Assembly: GCA_008080735.1 (NCBI GenBank)
Contig: SHMW01000064.1
Coordinates: 1-21,777 of the forward strand
Source of the DNA: Promethearchaeota archaeon
GTDB taxonomy: Archaea; Asgardarchaeota; Lokiarchaeia; Sigyniarchaeales; SOKP01
Direction of reading: 5' to 3'
DNA: 21,777 nt
The position numbers and the translations under genes were made by a program. The notes below the pieces were generated by a model that was not told the DNA's origin, ran no database searches, and saw only the letters and a list, made by a program, of their open reading frames with translations. This document shows, piece after piece, positions 8,770 through 17,803 of this stretch (within the stretch, counting starts at the first letter, position 1; each line of letters opens with the position of its first letter).

Positions 8770-8908
8770 GAAGAACAGAATCAGTCTTATTCCCTGGATT
8801 TTTGTCTTTTGGTTAAACACACTTTTCAGTGTGTTATTTAACGCCCTCCTCCTCCTTTTCATTTGAATAGGTATGGATTACTGTTCTTCGTTTATCTCTT
8901 TCTTTTTT
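8770..8908 (+). ncRNA. Candidate structured non-coding RNA of unknown family
   Basis: Nested stems GAAGAACAG(8770-78)/CTGTTCTTC(8881-89), AATC/GATT, CTTATTC(8786-92)/GAATAGG(8865-71). Inner hairpin AACACACT-TTTC-AGTGTGTT (8816-35). Followed by a T-rich tract. Confidence 0.5.
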
Positions 8909-9042
8909 AATGTTTATTCTAAAAGGAGAAAATATAATGAATATAAAAATACTAATTAACTGACGCAAAATTGAAGGAAAAATATATCATTTAGGCTCCC
9001 ACAAAATCGCAAAATAAATAATAAGAATAAAAAGGCTTAAAT

Positions 9043-9816
9043 CTATGTTATACTATTCTTTTCCAATACCCAGTTGTCAATCAGAAAAAGCTGGGACTCT
9101 TTTGCTTGGTCATTAAACGTGTTATGGATTGTAGATTTGGGAATCCACGCTTCTTTTTCATTCGGAAATTCAAGTAAGAGAGCTTTATTCGTAGAGCGTT
9201 TTAACACTCCATTTATTTTTATCACGTCTTTTATCGTCTTCAATTGATTTGATGGTCCGGGATTAGAGGGAGGAGTGAGGGCGATGATTTCCTCTTCTAT
9301 ATATGAATTTGTATTAGTAATTTGTCTTTCAGCTGGTTTTGGATATGATTGTTTTGAAGAGTTGTTGTTTGTTTTTGATGGATTATCTTGATAGGAATTG
9401 GACGCATTAGAATTTAGTTCAGAAATGGTGGCATATTCGATTTTCTCTTCTAGGATATGTTCTAAAAGGAGACGCATGATTTCGATTTGAGCCTCATCAA
9501 GCATTTTCGAATAGTCACCTATATTAACCCAGATGATATTTTCCTGCCAATTAAGTGAGATCTGTGTATTCGAACCGTTATATTTATGATAAGTCGTCCA
9601 AGAATTTTTTTCTTTACGGAGGACTTTTAAAATCATTACCAATTCGTCCAAGGAGACCTTGATGACTTTTCCTTCGCCTTGAGAAGGCTTTTCCCAAATG
9701 TTTCCTCTTTTACGCTTTATACACCGAAAAAAAAGCCAATCTTCTTTTCTTGAGGTACTCTGAATCATAAGAGCCGTGTTTTGTCCGAAAAAACTCCTAT
9801 TATGCGAATTAACCAT
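9043..9816 (-). CDS. Hypothetical protein: Whirly/PC4-like N-terminal domain, N/S/P-rich linker and small beta-rich C-terminal domain
   Basis: WEKPSQGEGKVIKVSLDELVMILKVL...WTTYHKY recalls Whirly YDWxxKqxfsLsxxEigxll...effH. C-terminal TNKALLL...WIPKSTI...IDNWVLEK. Confidence 0.75.
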   Translation of the reverse strand: MVNSHNRSFFGQNTALMIQSTSRKEDWLFFRCIKRKRGNIWEKPSQGEGKVIKVSLDELVMILKVLRKEKNSWTTYHKYNGSNTQISLNWQENIIWVNIGDYSKMLDEAQIEIMRLLLEHILEEKIEYATISELNSNASNSYQDNPSKTNNNSSKQSYPKPAERQITNTNSYIEEEIIALTPPSNPGPSNQLKTIKDVIKINGVLKRSTNKALLLEFPNEKEAWIPKSTIHNTFNDQAKESQLFLIDNWVLEKNSIT

Positions 9817-9956
9817 TTTTTCATTCCCAATTATGTGAATTTTGTACTATCAGTATATTTAAGCATAACTATATAAAGGAAAAGGATGTTGAAAGACAAT
9901 TCATATTAAAGAAGATGTTAACAAATAGAGTGCCCAAAATTAATAATTAATAGATA

Positions 9957-9981
9957 TGAACAATTGACGGTTCAATGTTCA
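9957..9981. terminator. Hairpin just downstream of the 10003..11151 gene
   Basis: TGAACA(A)TTGA-CGGT-TCAA-TGTTCA inverted repeat about 20 nt past the stop codon. Confidence 0.3.
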
Positions 9982-10002
9982 AACTAGAGAAAACAAGTAA
10001 GT

Positions 10003-11151
10003 TTAATTAATTTCAAATTGAACGTCCGCATGTCGAACCTTAGAGTTTAACAATTTTAAAACATTGTTGGCAAAATTTTTAAGGTTGTTGGCATATTTTT
10101 GTCTGAGATGTTGTTGCTCTATGAGAAAGTTGTAAATCATCGACCTCGTAGCCTCTGGGCCGTTGTTAATGAAATACCCCATCCAATGAGAAGAATACCG
10201 ACAAATGCGTTTTAATTCGGAATTTGGATACTCATTTTTATTAAATATCAATCGGTTGCACTTTCGGATTGAATTGCCTACTCGTTCGATGTAATCGGCG
10301 ATGGCATACGCATATCGGCATAAAGAGATCATATTTGAGATAATACGTGAATCGCGTGTATTTGCTGACTCTTCGATGGATTCCCAAGCGTTTTGCCAGT
10401 CATCACTCTCTCCATTGTCAGGACTATTTTGGAGCATCGCCACATTGATAACATCACTTAGATCGACATCATGCCCTCTCTTAAGTTTTTTCTTGAAAAT
10501 GCTTTTAAGATCAGAGCCATCTAAATAGCTTCCATTTCCAAAACTCATTCGCTGGTCGAGATCATTTGAAGCAATTAATATTCCCGATTTCTTGTTATTT
10601 GTATCATAATCAATCCAATCTACTTTTTTTTCCCATTCTTTAGTGTCGGGGTTTTTTTTCCAGCCACTTTTTTTTAGAATATGCTCAAATAATCGCAACT
10701 CAAAAATCCAGAAATCAATATCATCGGTAAAACGTTTCCTCCTCCAGTCTCGGGTGGTATATTTTTCCAAATATATTTTTACACAACCTCGAACTATGCC
10801 GTATCCTCCATTTTTCATCGCATCACACGCTTCTTCATAAAATTCGTGCTCGGGGTTGGAGGTAATGTCCATGATTTCGTTGATAATAATTCTCGCTTCT
10901 GTGGCGACCACATCAAGGGGAATATTCCCATCAGAAGGATAGCTTCTCGAGCCCCCATCAAGAAATTTTTTAAATAGCTGTAGATCATTCTCAGGGATTT
11001 TATATCGTGGATTATCAAACATTTGCTTGCTAAATACCAAATGAGTGAGTCCATCCTCATCTTCGTAGATTTCTTCTTGAATTGGAGCAATTTCTCGTAG
11101 ATTATCACCCTTTACTACGGCATCTGCTTTTGAATCCCAAAATTTCAACAT
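10003..11151 (-). CDS. Putative nucleotidyltransferase (Pol-beta superfamily, AbiEii/MenT-like motif layout)
   Basis: GIVRGCVKIYL...RFTDDIDF (hG[G/S]...RxTxDxD) and the later KKKLKRGHDVDLSDV (KxxxxRxxxxDxxD). Confidence 0.65.
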   Translation of the reverse strand: MLKFWDSKADAVVKGDNLREIAPIQEEIYEDEDGLTHLVFSKQMFDNPRYKIPENDLQLFKKFLDGGSRSYPSDGNIPLDVVATEARIIINEIMDITSNPEHEFYEEACDAMKNGGYGIVRGCVKIYLEKYTTRDWRRKRFTDDIDFWIFELRLFEHILKKSGWKKNPDTKEWEKKVDWIDYDTNNKKSGILIASNDLDQRMSFGNGSYLDGSDLKSIFKKKLKRGHDVDLSDVINVAMLQNSPDNGESDDWQNAWESIEESANTRDSRIISNMISLCRYAYAIADYIERVGNSIRKCNRLIFNKNEYPNSELKRICRYSSHWMGYFINNGPEATRSMIYNFLIEQQHLRQKYANNLKNFANNVLKLLNSKVRHADVQFEIN

Positions 11152-11585
11152 AGTACCAACATCATACTTTTAAGAGTTTGTTCAGAAATTTACAATTAAG
11201 TTGATCTTATTTCAATTCTAGCTTAAGATGCTATATAAAATTTAGTATAATTAAGAAATATGTGAACATTCTTCATTATAGAGTAATATATCCAACAAAA
11301 CTTAAACAATTTGAACACAGTGATCCCGTAGGTTGAAAAATGTTTTGCCTCCTTAGTTATGAAAATTGATGCATCAGTTTAATTAATTAAGAATTTAATC
11401 GATTTTAGTCGAAATAATGTTGCAAATTCGTAATTAATTATTCATTTCTGATTCCTTACCAACTTTTTAATCTCCTATATTTAATAATAATTAATTCTAT
11501 TTTACCCACAAGATTACTATTACCCGTGGAATTTCATTTCGGAAATTCAAAATAATCTGAAAATGCAAAAATATATCTAATCATC

Positions 11586-13658
11586 ATGAAATTATCGAAA
11601 TTGTATGAGAATGCTCCGGGAAAAGACATGTTAATGTCGGGAAATGAGGCGTTTGCTCGGGGGATTTTTGAAGCTGGAGTGCGCTATTCGGCAAATTATC
11701 CCGGTACGCCTCTGAGTGAGGTCGGCGACTCCCTTAAATACCTTTCCGATACTTCTGCAGAGTTTACCTTTGACTATGCCCTCAATGAAAAAGTAGCGTT
11801 GGAATCATGTATTGGCGCGAGTTGGGCAGGAGTGCGATCAGTGGTGATGTTTAAACACTTGGGATTAAACGTAGCTGCCGATCCATTACATACGTTTCCA
11901 TATTCTGGAGTGAATGGTGGGATGCTTATACTATGCGGCGGGGACCCTAGCATTCTTTCCTCTACTAACGCACAAGATAACAGATTATACTCTCTTCATA
12001 CCAAAATACCAATAATAGAACCATCCACGGTTCAAGAATGTAAAGATTTTATAAAAGAAGGATTACGCATTTCAGAACTATATCAGATCCCTATCTATCT
12101 ACACGTGACCACCCGATTATGTCATAGTAATGGGATCGTCAAGCTTGGAGAATTTACGCCGCCTAAAAAAGAGGGGCATTTTGAGAAAAATCCGGATCGT
12201 TATGTAAATACCTTAGGAAGAGCACTAAAGAATCAAAAAGGCTATTTTCAGAAAATCTCTGAAGTTGCGCAAAATCGCAAAATTTTCAATCTATTCAGTA
12301 AAATAAAAATAATCGATTTAAATAACGATAATGAGGAACATAATCCTCCCAATATCGGGATTATAACGAGCGGTATCTGTTATGGATATGTTATTGAAGC
12401 ATGCCATAAATTAAATATCGCCCCGCCTATCTTAAAGTTGGGATTAACCTTCCCTATCAATAGAAAAGAAATATGCAGTTTCGCAAATGATCATAATCTG
12501 GATATTTTATTAATAGTTGAGGAATTAGAAGCGTTCATTGAAACCTTTTCGAAACGCGTTTTCTGCAATTATTGCGATGCTAAGCGAGATTTGGAAATTC
12601 ATGGTAAGGACTATTTGCCTAACACGGGCGAATTAAGTACGGAAATTGTAATGACGTTTTTCTCACATTTTTTTGAAATTGAAAATAAATATTTACTTGA
12701 TGAGTATGAAACCAAGAAAAAAGCGCTCCAAGAAATAATACCGAGTTTACCTATCCGACAACCGACTTTTTGTCCCGGGTGTCAATATCGTACCGTATTC
12801 TATGCCTTAAAACGAGTATCGGAGAAGCTCCAAGAGGAAAAAGGAGTAGAATATGTATATGCCGGTGATATTGGATGTTATACCCTTTCAGAAGCATATC
12901 CCTATGAACTATTGGATTGGGTGGTATGTATGGGAGCGGGGATTGGAATCGCGAACGGGATGGCTCAGATCTTAGACGATACCCAAAAATTAATTGCTTA
13001 TGTGGGGGACAGTACCTTTTTCCATACAGGTCTTCAACCCTTACTTAATGCTATTAAAAATAATATCGACCTTACAGTAATTATATTCAACAATTACTGG
13101 ACTGCGATGACCGGCCATCAAGAAATTGTAGCAACCCCAAACGAGTATGTAAAACGATACGGAGATGCTACCGGGATCCATACGAATTCTATCAATTTAA
13201 CAGCCTTTCTGCAAAATCTTGGGCTAAAAAATCTTACAATCACCGATGCGTATAACATAGACAAATTAGAGCGTATCTTTGAGAAGGAATTGCAAAAGTC
13301 CGGGGTAAAAGTAATTTTAATCAATGAGGAATGTGCCTTAGAAAAAAAACGACGAATAAAGAGCGAAAAGAAGGAACTACAGCGAAAAAAGAAAACAGAA
13401 ACTTATTACTCAATTTCTCAATCGTGTGTGAAATGTAATGAATGTATCGATCAATTTGGGTGTCCTGCTATTAATGCGCGAATGGAATCGAATCCTATTA
13501 AAGTTCAAGACTCAAAAAGAGAAGAATTGGAATATTACATTGATGAATCTATGTGTACTCCAGAAGTATGCCCCGGCGCATGTCGACAAGTATGCAAAAA
13601 CCAGATGATTCTAAAAACAATGATAAATCCGCATCTTGAGAATCCCGATAAAGAATAA
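11586..13658 (+). CDS. iorA: Indolepyruvate:ferredoxin oxidoreductase alpha subunit
   Basis: MSGNEAFARG, YPGTP, NEKVALE, KHLGLNVAADP, PTFCPGCQYR, GDIGCY, TPP-binding GDSTFFH...NNYWTAMTG, and C-terminal ferredoxin Cys clusters. Confidence 0.96.
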   Translation: MKLSKLYENAPGKDMLMSGNEAFARGIFEAGVRYSANYPGTPLSEVGDSLKYLSDTSAEFTFDYALNEKVALESCIGASWAGVRSVVMFKHLGLNVAADPLHTFPYSGVNGGMLILCGGDPSILSSTNAQDNRLYSLHTKIPIIEPSTVQECKDFIKEGLRISELYQIPIYLHVTTRLCHSNGIVKLGEFTPPKKEGHFEKNPDRYVNTLGRALKNQKGYFQKISEVAQNRKIFNLFSKIKIIDLNNDNEEHNPPNIGIITSGICYGYVIEACHKLNIAPPILKLGLTFPINRKEICSFANDHNLDILLIVEELEAFIETFSKRVFCNYCDAKRDLEIHGKDYLPNTGELSTEIVMTFFSHFFEIENKYLLDEYETKKKALQEIIPSLPIRQPTFCPGCQYRTVFYALKRVSEKLQEEKGVEYVYAGDIGCYTLSEAYPYELLDWVVCMGAGIGIANGMAQILDDTQKLIAYVGDSTFFHTGLQPLLNAIKNNIDLTVIIFNNYWTAMTGHQEIVATPNEYVKRYGDATGIHTNSINLTAFLQNLGLKNLTITDAYNIDKLERIFEKELQKSGVKVILINEECALEKKRRIKSEKKELQRKKKTETYYSISQSCVKCNECIDQFGCPAINARMESNPIKVQDSKREELEYYIDESMCTPEVCPGACRQVCKNQMILKTMINPHLENPDKE

Positions 13659-13677
13659 AGTCAAACTCTACGCTTAT

Positions 13678-14301
13678 TTAATATCTCGGATGCATAAATT
13701 TGGGGACAAACATAGGAACCATCTCCTTATAGTGAAGATATTCATCGCTAAATTCTCGAATTAACTCTTTCTCTTCTTTCCAGGAGATTAAATAATTGTA
13801 TGCTATTATCAATGGAGTTGCGATTAAGGAATAGAATCCTACAAAAAGTATCGAAAAAGCAAGGTGGGCAAAAATGGCTCCGAGATATTGTGGATGCCGC
13901 AATTGGGAATAAATCCCCTCGGTTTCTACTCGTTTCGGTCTATGTGTTTCTGAAACTTCTAACGATGTATGTATTACACCCACGATTCCCAAATAACCAC
14001 TTATTAGGAGTAAAGGAACTGAGATGAACAAGTGAATTAGATATATCGGAATATTTAAAAATGGGACTGTGAACAATGTCACATCTAACAACGGAATATG
14101 ATAATGAGGTTGAGGAGAAAGCCATAATCCGAATAGAAAAATAAAAAAGCCCCATCCCGAAATTAATCCTAAAATCTTTCCGAGTGTCGTTCCCTTTTCT
14201 TTCCCAAATCGGTTCTCGAGTGCGGTGTGGTTCACTGAGAAAAAATGAACAGGGAGCAAAAGAAAAATGGATACCAGAAAAATCCAGAATAGAAATGACA
14301 T
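13678..14301 (-). CDS. Isoprenylcysteine carboxyl methyltransferase / PEMT family membrane methyltransferase
   Basis: TEGIYSQLRHPQYLG and EEKELxxxFxxEYxxYKxxVPxFVP signatures, plus several TM helices. Confidence 0.9.
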   Translation of the reverse strand: MSFLFWIFLVSIFLLLPVHFFSVNHTALENRFGKEKGTTLGKILGLISGWGFFIFLFGLWLSPQPHYHIPLLDVTLFTVPFLNIPIYLIHLFISVPLLLISGYLGIVGVIHTSLEVSETHRPKRVETEGIYSQLRHPQYLGAIFAHLAFSILFVGFYSLIATPLIIAYNYLISWKEEKELIREFSDEYLHYKEMVPMFVPKFMHPRY

Positions 14302-14458
14302 TTTGCTATTTTATGATGATAAACTCAATCGAGAAATTGATTTAAGATATGTAATTTGCTGATAATATTTTAATCTGTATGTTTTAGATTATATATTGAA
14401 ATGATTAGATATTTACCCAATTAATCCTTACAAAATCTAGAAATTATCGTGATTATCA

Positions 14459-15103
14459 ATGGCAGATATATTCAATATTCTGGTCGCGGGGGTTGGTGGT
14501 CAAGGAGCGATTCTATTGGGAAATCTATTGAGAACTTATGGTCTAAACTCTCCCTTAATTAAAAATGTGGTAGGGACTGAAACACGCGGGGTCTCTCAGA
14601 GAGAAGGTTCTGTGATGGCTACTGCGAGATATCTAATTGAGAGTAGAGTCTATCAACTGGATCAAGGATATGAAAAAGAGGACCTCATTTCACCCACGAT
14701 TCCGATGAATGATGCTCATCTGGTTTTAGGTTTGGAACCATTAGAAACTCTACGCAATCTGAAATATATATCTGAACAGAGTGTGGTCGTCATCAATACG
14801 CATAAACGATTTCCTCGAGATGTAATCTTAAAAAAGGAAGGTAGTAAACAATATCCCTCAATGGCAGATATCGTAGATCTTTTGGATCAATTCGCGAGGA
14901 GAACTATTTCTATGGACTTTAACAAAATAAGTAAGAGCGAATATGATAATGCAATTTACGCAAATACGATTATCCTTGGAGTTGCAGCCAAAGAGTTTGA
15001 AAACATCTTTTTGAACGAAAAGCTCATTGAAATCATTAAAAAGAATTTAAAACCCGTTGAGATTAATATTAGTGCTTTTGAATTGGGATATAGTTTGATC
15101 TAA
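14459..15103 (+). CDS. iorB: Indolepyruvate:ferredoxin oxidoreductase beta subunit
   Basis: NILVAGVGGQG, ETRGVSQREGSV, LGLEPLETLR, NTIILG, NISAFELG. Located near iorA. Confidence 0.93.
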   Translation: MADIFNILVAGVGGQGAILLGNLLRTYGLNSPLIKNVVGTETRGVSQREGSVMATARYLIESRVYQLDQGYEKEDLISPTIPMNDAHLVLGLEPLETLRNLKYISEQSVVVINTHKRFPRDVILKKEGSKQYPSMADIVDLLDQFARRTISMDFNKISKSEYDNAIYANTIILGVAAKEFENIFLNEKLIEIIKKNLKPVEINISAFELGYSLI

Positions 15104-15132
15104 ATGCAGAGAATTGACTCACTATTCGATCT

Positions 15133-17199
15133 TTATTCTAAGAAATAAGGTTTAAAAGAGGCAAGTTTGCCATCTTTAAATGTAATCATCCGATACGCTC
15201 CTACCATTTTTGGCTTTGTATAGCTTCCCAAGCCTAGAGCAGGGGTTTGAACAATAAAAGGTCCCTCTTTCTCTATATCTTCCGGACTATCAAATCTTTC
15301 TGAATACACATCGTAAAAGACTGCAGCAGGATTTTCAAGTTTTTTTAATATAAATGGGGGTGCGTCAAAAACCGTAGACTTTTCTTTTGTCTCTCCTAAG
15401 CGAAATTCTTTTAACACATGCGTATGTCCGGATAGGGTCAAAATGGTATAGTCTTTACAGAATTGAATTAATTCCTCCCATTTATTCGATACTGTCCCGT
15501 GCTTAACATTAAAGGATGTGTCTATCCTAGCAGAACTTTCTTCTTTTCCGAGTTTTCGGAGGATGGACTCTTTGAAATCTTCGATCCGTTTTCTTATATC
15601 CGTTTTACCTATTTCTTCAAACCTCTTGCGAAAGTACTTCGATTTGCCAATATTAATCGGAGGGCCGTGAATCAGCAAGATTACATTTTTCCCGGTAGAG
15701 TATTTCCTATTTATGATGTTTTCCAGATATGTGATCTGCGTTCCATCTAAACCCGTAACGGATGGATGACCTGAAAGCATATCACGAAAATTCTTAAACG
15801 AGTCCGAACCGCTATTGAGAAATACTAGTTCTGTGTTACCTAAAGAAATCGAGAAGTTTAATGAAGGGTTAATATGTTTGAGATATGGTTTTAATGCCAA
15901 ATTTGATTTTGAAATCGAGGAGATAGGATTAGCCGAAAATAATTCATTTAATGCGGATGCTTCGGAGGAGGTAAGCCCTAATTTCTTATATAATCCTGCC
16001 CATGTAAGATCATAATGATAAGGCCTAAAATCATGATTCCCCACGATCGTAAATAGAGGACATAATAATTCTTGTCCTTGTAGAACACCTTCATACCGCT
16101 TTTTCGGTTTCTTATTAAGAATGATATCATAAAATAATTTCCAATTGGTTTGCTCGAATTTAATTTTATTGAGATCAATAATCGCATCAGAAAATTCACT
16201 CTTGATTACAAAATCAACTATATCGCCCGTGAGTATAACAAAATCCAACTCATTGTTTAGCACTTTACGATTGGCAATCTTGATGAGTCTCCTTAGTTGG
16301 TTGTTGGGATTTACAAATCGTTTCTCCAACGATTTTCTAAGTATCTTCGCTTCTTGTTTAGTTTTTTCTTCTTGTTGTTTTTCTTCTTCTTGCTGCTCTG
16401 AGTCTTGAGAAAAAAGAGATTTAAGTTTGGCACCAATATTTCCGAAAAAGTCTCCAATACTTGAAACTAAAGAGTTTGACTGCCAATTTGAGATGATTTC
16501 ATAAATCCTATCATTTCTCTGTGCGAGGTGTGTATCCGTGATGTGTAAAAAATTAAAATCAGTCCAATTTTTCTTCGTAAGAACGAGAGAATGATACGTT
16601 GTATCATTATTCTTGGCTTCTATATCACACATTATGAAATCTCTAGCCTTTAAATAATCACGTGCTTCTTTTGAAAGAGAGAATGATACATTTAGGCAAT
16701 AGTAATGACTCAAATCGTCAAATACTTTCCATTCGCGCAGATATTTTTGGGGAATGCAGTATTCACTCTCAAGGTAAGGGATGGTATCAATCTCACCTTC
16801 ATTTTTAGCTTCAACATCTATTATAGAAAGTTTAATAGGATCTCCACGATACCCTCTCGGTTCTAATTTACTCAGCTTTTCACTAATCTCTTTCTTCTTT
16901 TTAGATTTCCTAGTAAAAAATTTTTTAATGCGATTCCAAATGGATCTAAGGCCCTTTTTACTCTCCTCCATTATTCTCTGCAGTTTCCATTTATATTCAA
17001 TCACAGGAATAATTGCTAATCTAGATTCAAGAACTTGACGGAGTTTATCGGGGGTATCCAAATGACTTACCAGAAGAATTTGGAACTTACTCTTGAATTC
17101 TTCTTTTATGATATTAGGTAATTGAATAAATTTCGGATGCCCTAAATTGGGATTCACCAGTCGAATCATATCTCTTTCTGATATGGTTTGTGAATTCAT
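15133..17199 (-). CDS. Large calcineurin-like metallophosphoesterase
   Basis: All five motifs: DTH, GDIVD, GNHD, HGPP, GHTH. Long N-terminal extension and insertions. Confidence 0.88.
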   Translation of the reverse strand: MNSQTISERDMIRLVNPNLGHPKFIQLPNIIKEEFKSKFQILLVSHLDTPDKLRQVLESRLAIIPVIEYKWKLQRIMEESKKGLRSIWNRIKKFFTRKSKKKKEISEKLSKLEPRGYRGDPIKLSIIDVEAKNEGEIDTIPYLESEYCIPQKYLREWKVFDDLSHYYCLNVSFSLSKEARDYLKARDFIMCDIEAKNNDTTYHSLVLTKKNWTDFNFLHITDTHLAQRNDRIYEIISNWQSNSLVSSIGDFFGNIGAKLKSLFSQDSEQQEEEKQQEEKTKQEAKILRKSLEKRFVNPNNQLRRLIKIANRKVLNNELDFVILTGDIVDFVIKSEFSDAIIDLNKIKFEQTNWKLFYDIILNKKPKKRYEGVLQGQELLCPLFTIVGNHDFRPYHYDLTWAGLYKKLGLTSSEASALNELFSANPISSISKSNLALKPYLKHINPSLNFSISLGNTELVFLNSGSDSFKNFRDMLSGHPSVTGLDGTQITYLENIINRKYSTGKNVILLIHGPPINIGKSKYFRKRFEEIGKTDIRKRIEDFKESILRKLGKEESSARIDTSFNVKHGTVSNKWEELIQFCKDYTILTLSGHTHVLKEFRLGETKEKSTVFDAPPFILKKLENPAAVFYDVYSERFDSPEDIEKEGPFIVQTPALGLGSYTKPKMVGAYRMITFKDGKLASFKPYFLE

Positions 17200-17425
17200 A
17201 GGTATTTATTAGTAAAACACGATTTCGATATACTATTAAACTAATTAAGTTAAAAAAATTCTTTCTATACTGATAAGAGATTAACTTTTATAAAATTCCA
17301 ATACTGAAAATTAGCATATATGCGTCATTTTTAAATATTCTGCGAGGATATTTCACGATAAATACAATAAAGGATTTTAAGAATGAGTTATCTAAAGTAA
17401 GGATATTGAAATGTAATCGTAAGAA

Positions 17426-17701
17426 TTAGCCTGCTAAATTCACAAATATAACATTGTCGCCCCGTACTACTATGTTTCCGAGATCCTCGTGTTCCTCTCG
17501 TATATTGCCTTCCTCATCTTGATATTCGAATATCTGTGAAGCGGAGGCTAATGAAAGGTTCAAATGTTCATCAAATCCTTCTAACTTCCCTCTAAAAAGC
17601 CGATTCCTTTTCACCTTAATAAGGATGATCTTATTTATGCTGTTCTTCAAGTAATCAATTGGACGGGCTTGCTGCCTATAATTTTGTCGTCTTTCTACCA
17701 T
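17426..17701 (-). CDS. Sm/Lsm-family protein (SmAP)
   Basis: Sm1 motif PIDYL...FRGKLEGFDEHLNLSL and Sm2 motif LGNIVVRGDNVIFV. Confidence 0.96.
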   Translation of the reverse strand: MVERRQNYRQQARPIDYLKNSINKIILIKVKRNRLFRGKLEGFDEHLNLSLASASQIFEYQDEEGNIREEHEDLGNIVVRGDNVIFVNLAG

Positions 17702-17803
17702 GTTTAAAACACTAAAATAAAAATTCTATATTAAATTAAATATCATAGCTTAAATTAAAAATCTTTTGGTTTTAAAGAAATAACGCATTAGAGAGCAAAA
17801 AAA

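Noticed and set aside
11152-11585. Long divergent intergenic region with short inverted repeats (e.g. GAATTTC-ATTTCG-GAAATTC near 11530-11549, TTAATTAATTAA)
   Set aside because: The stems are short and AT-only, as expected in this background. No coherent RNA structure or ORF could be supported.
13777-13788. 12-nt match (TTTCCAGGAGAT) between the reverse complement of spacer 21331-21370 and the ICMT gene
   Set aside because: Too short, with non-matching flanks. Plausible by chance in a 22-kb AT-rich window, so not evidence of self-targeting.
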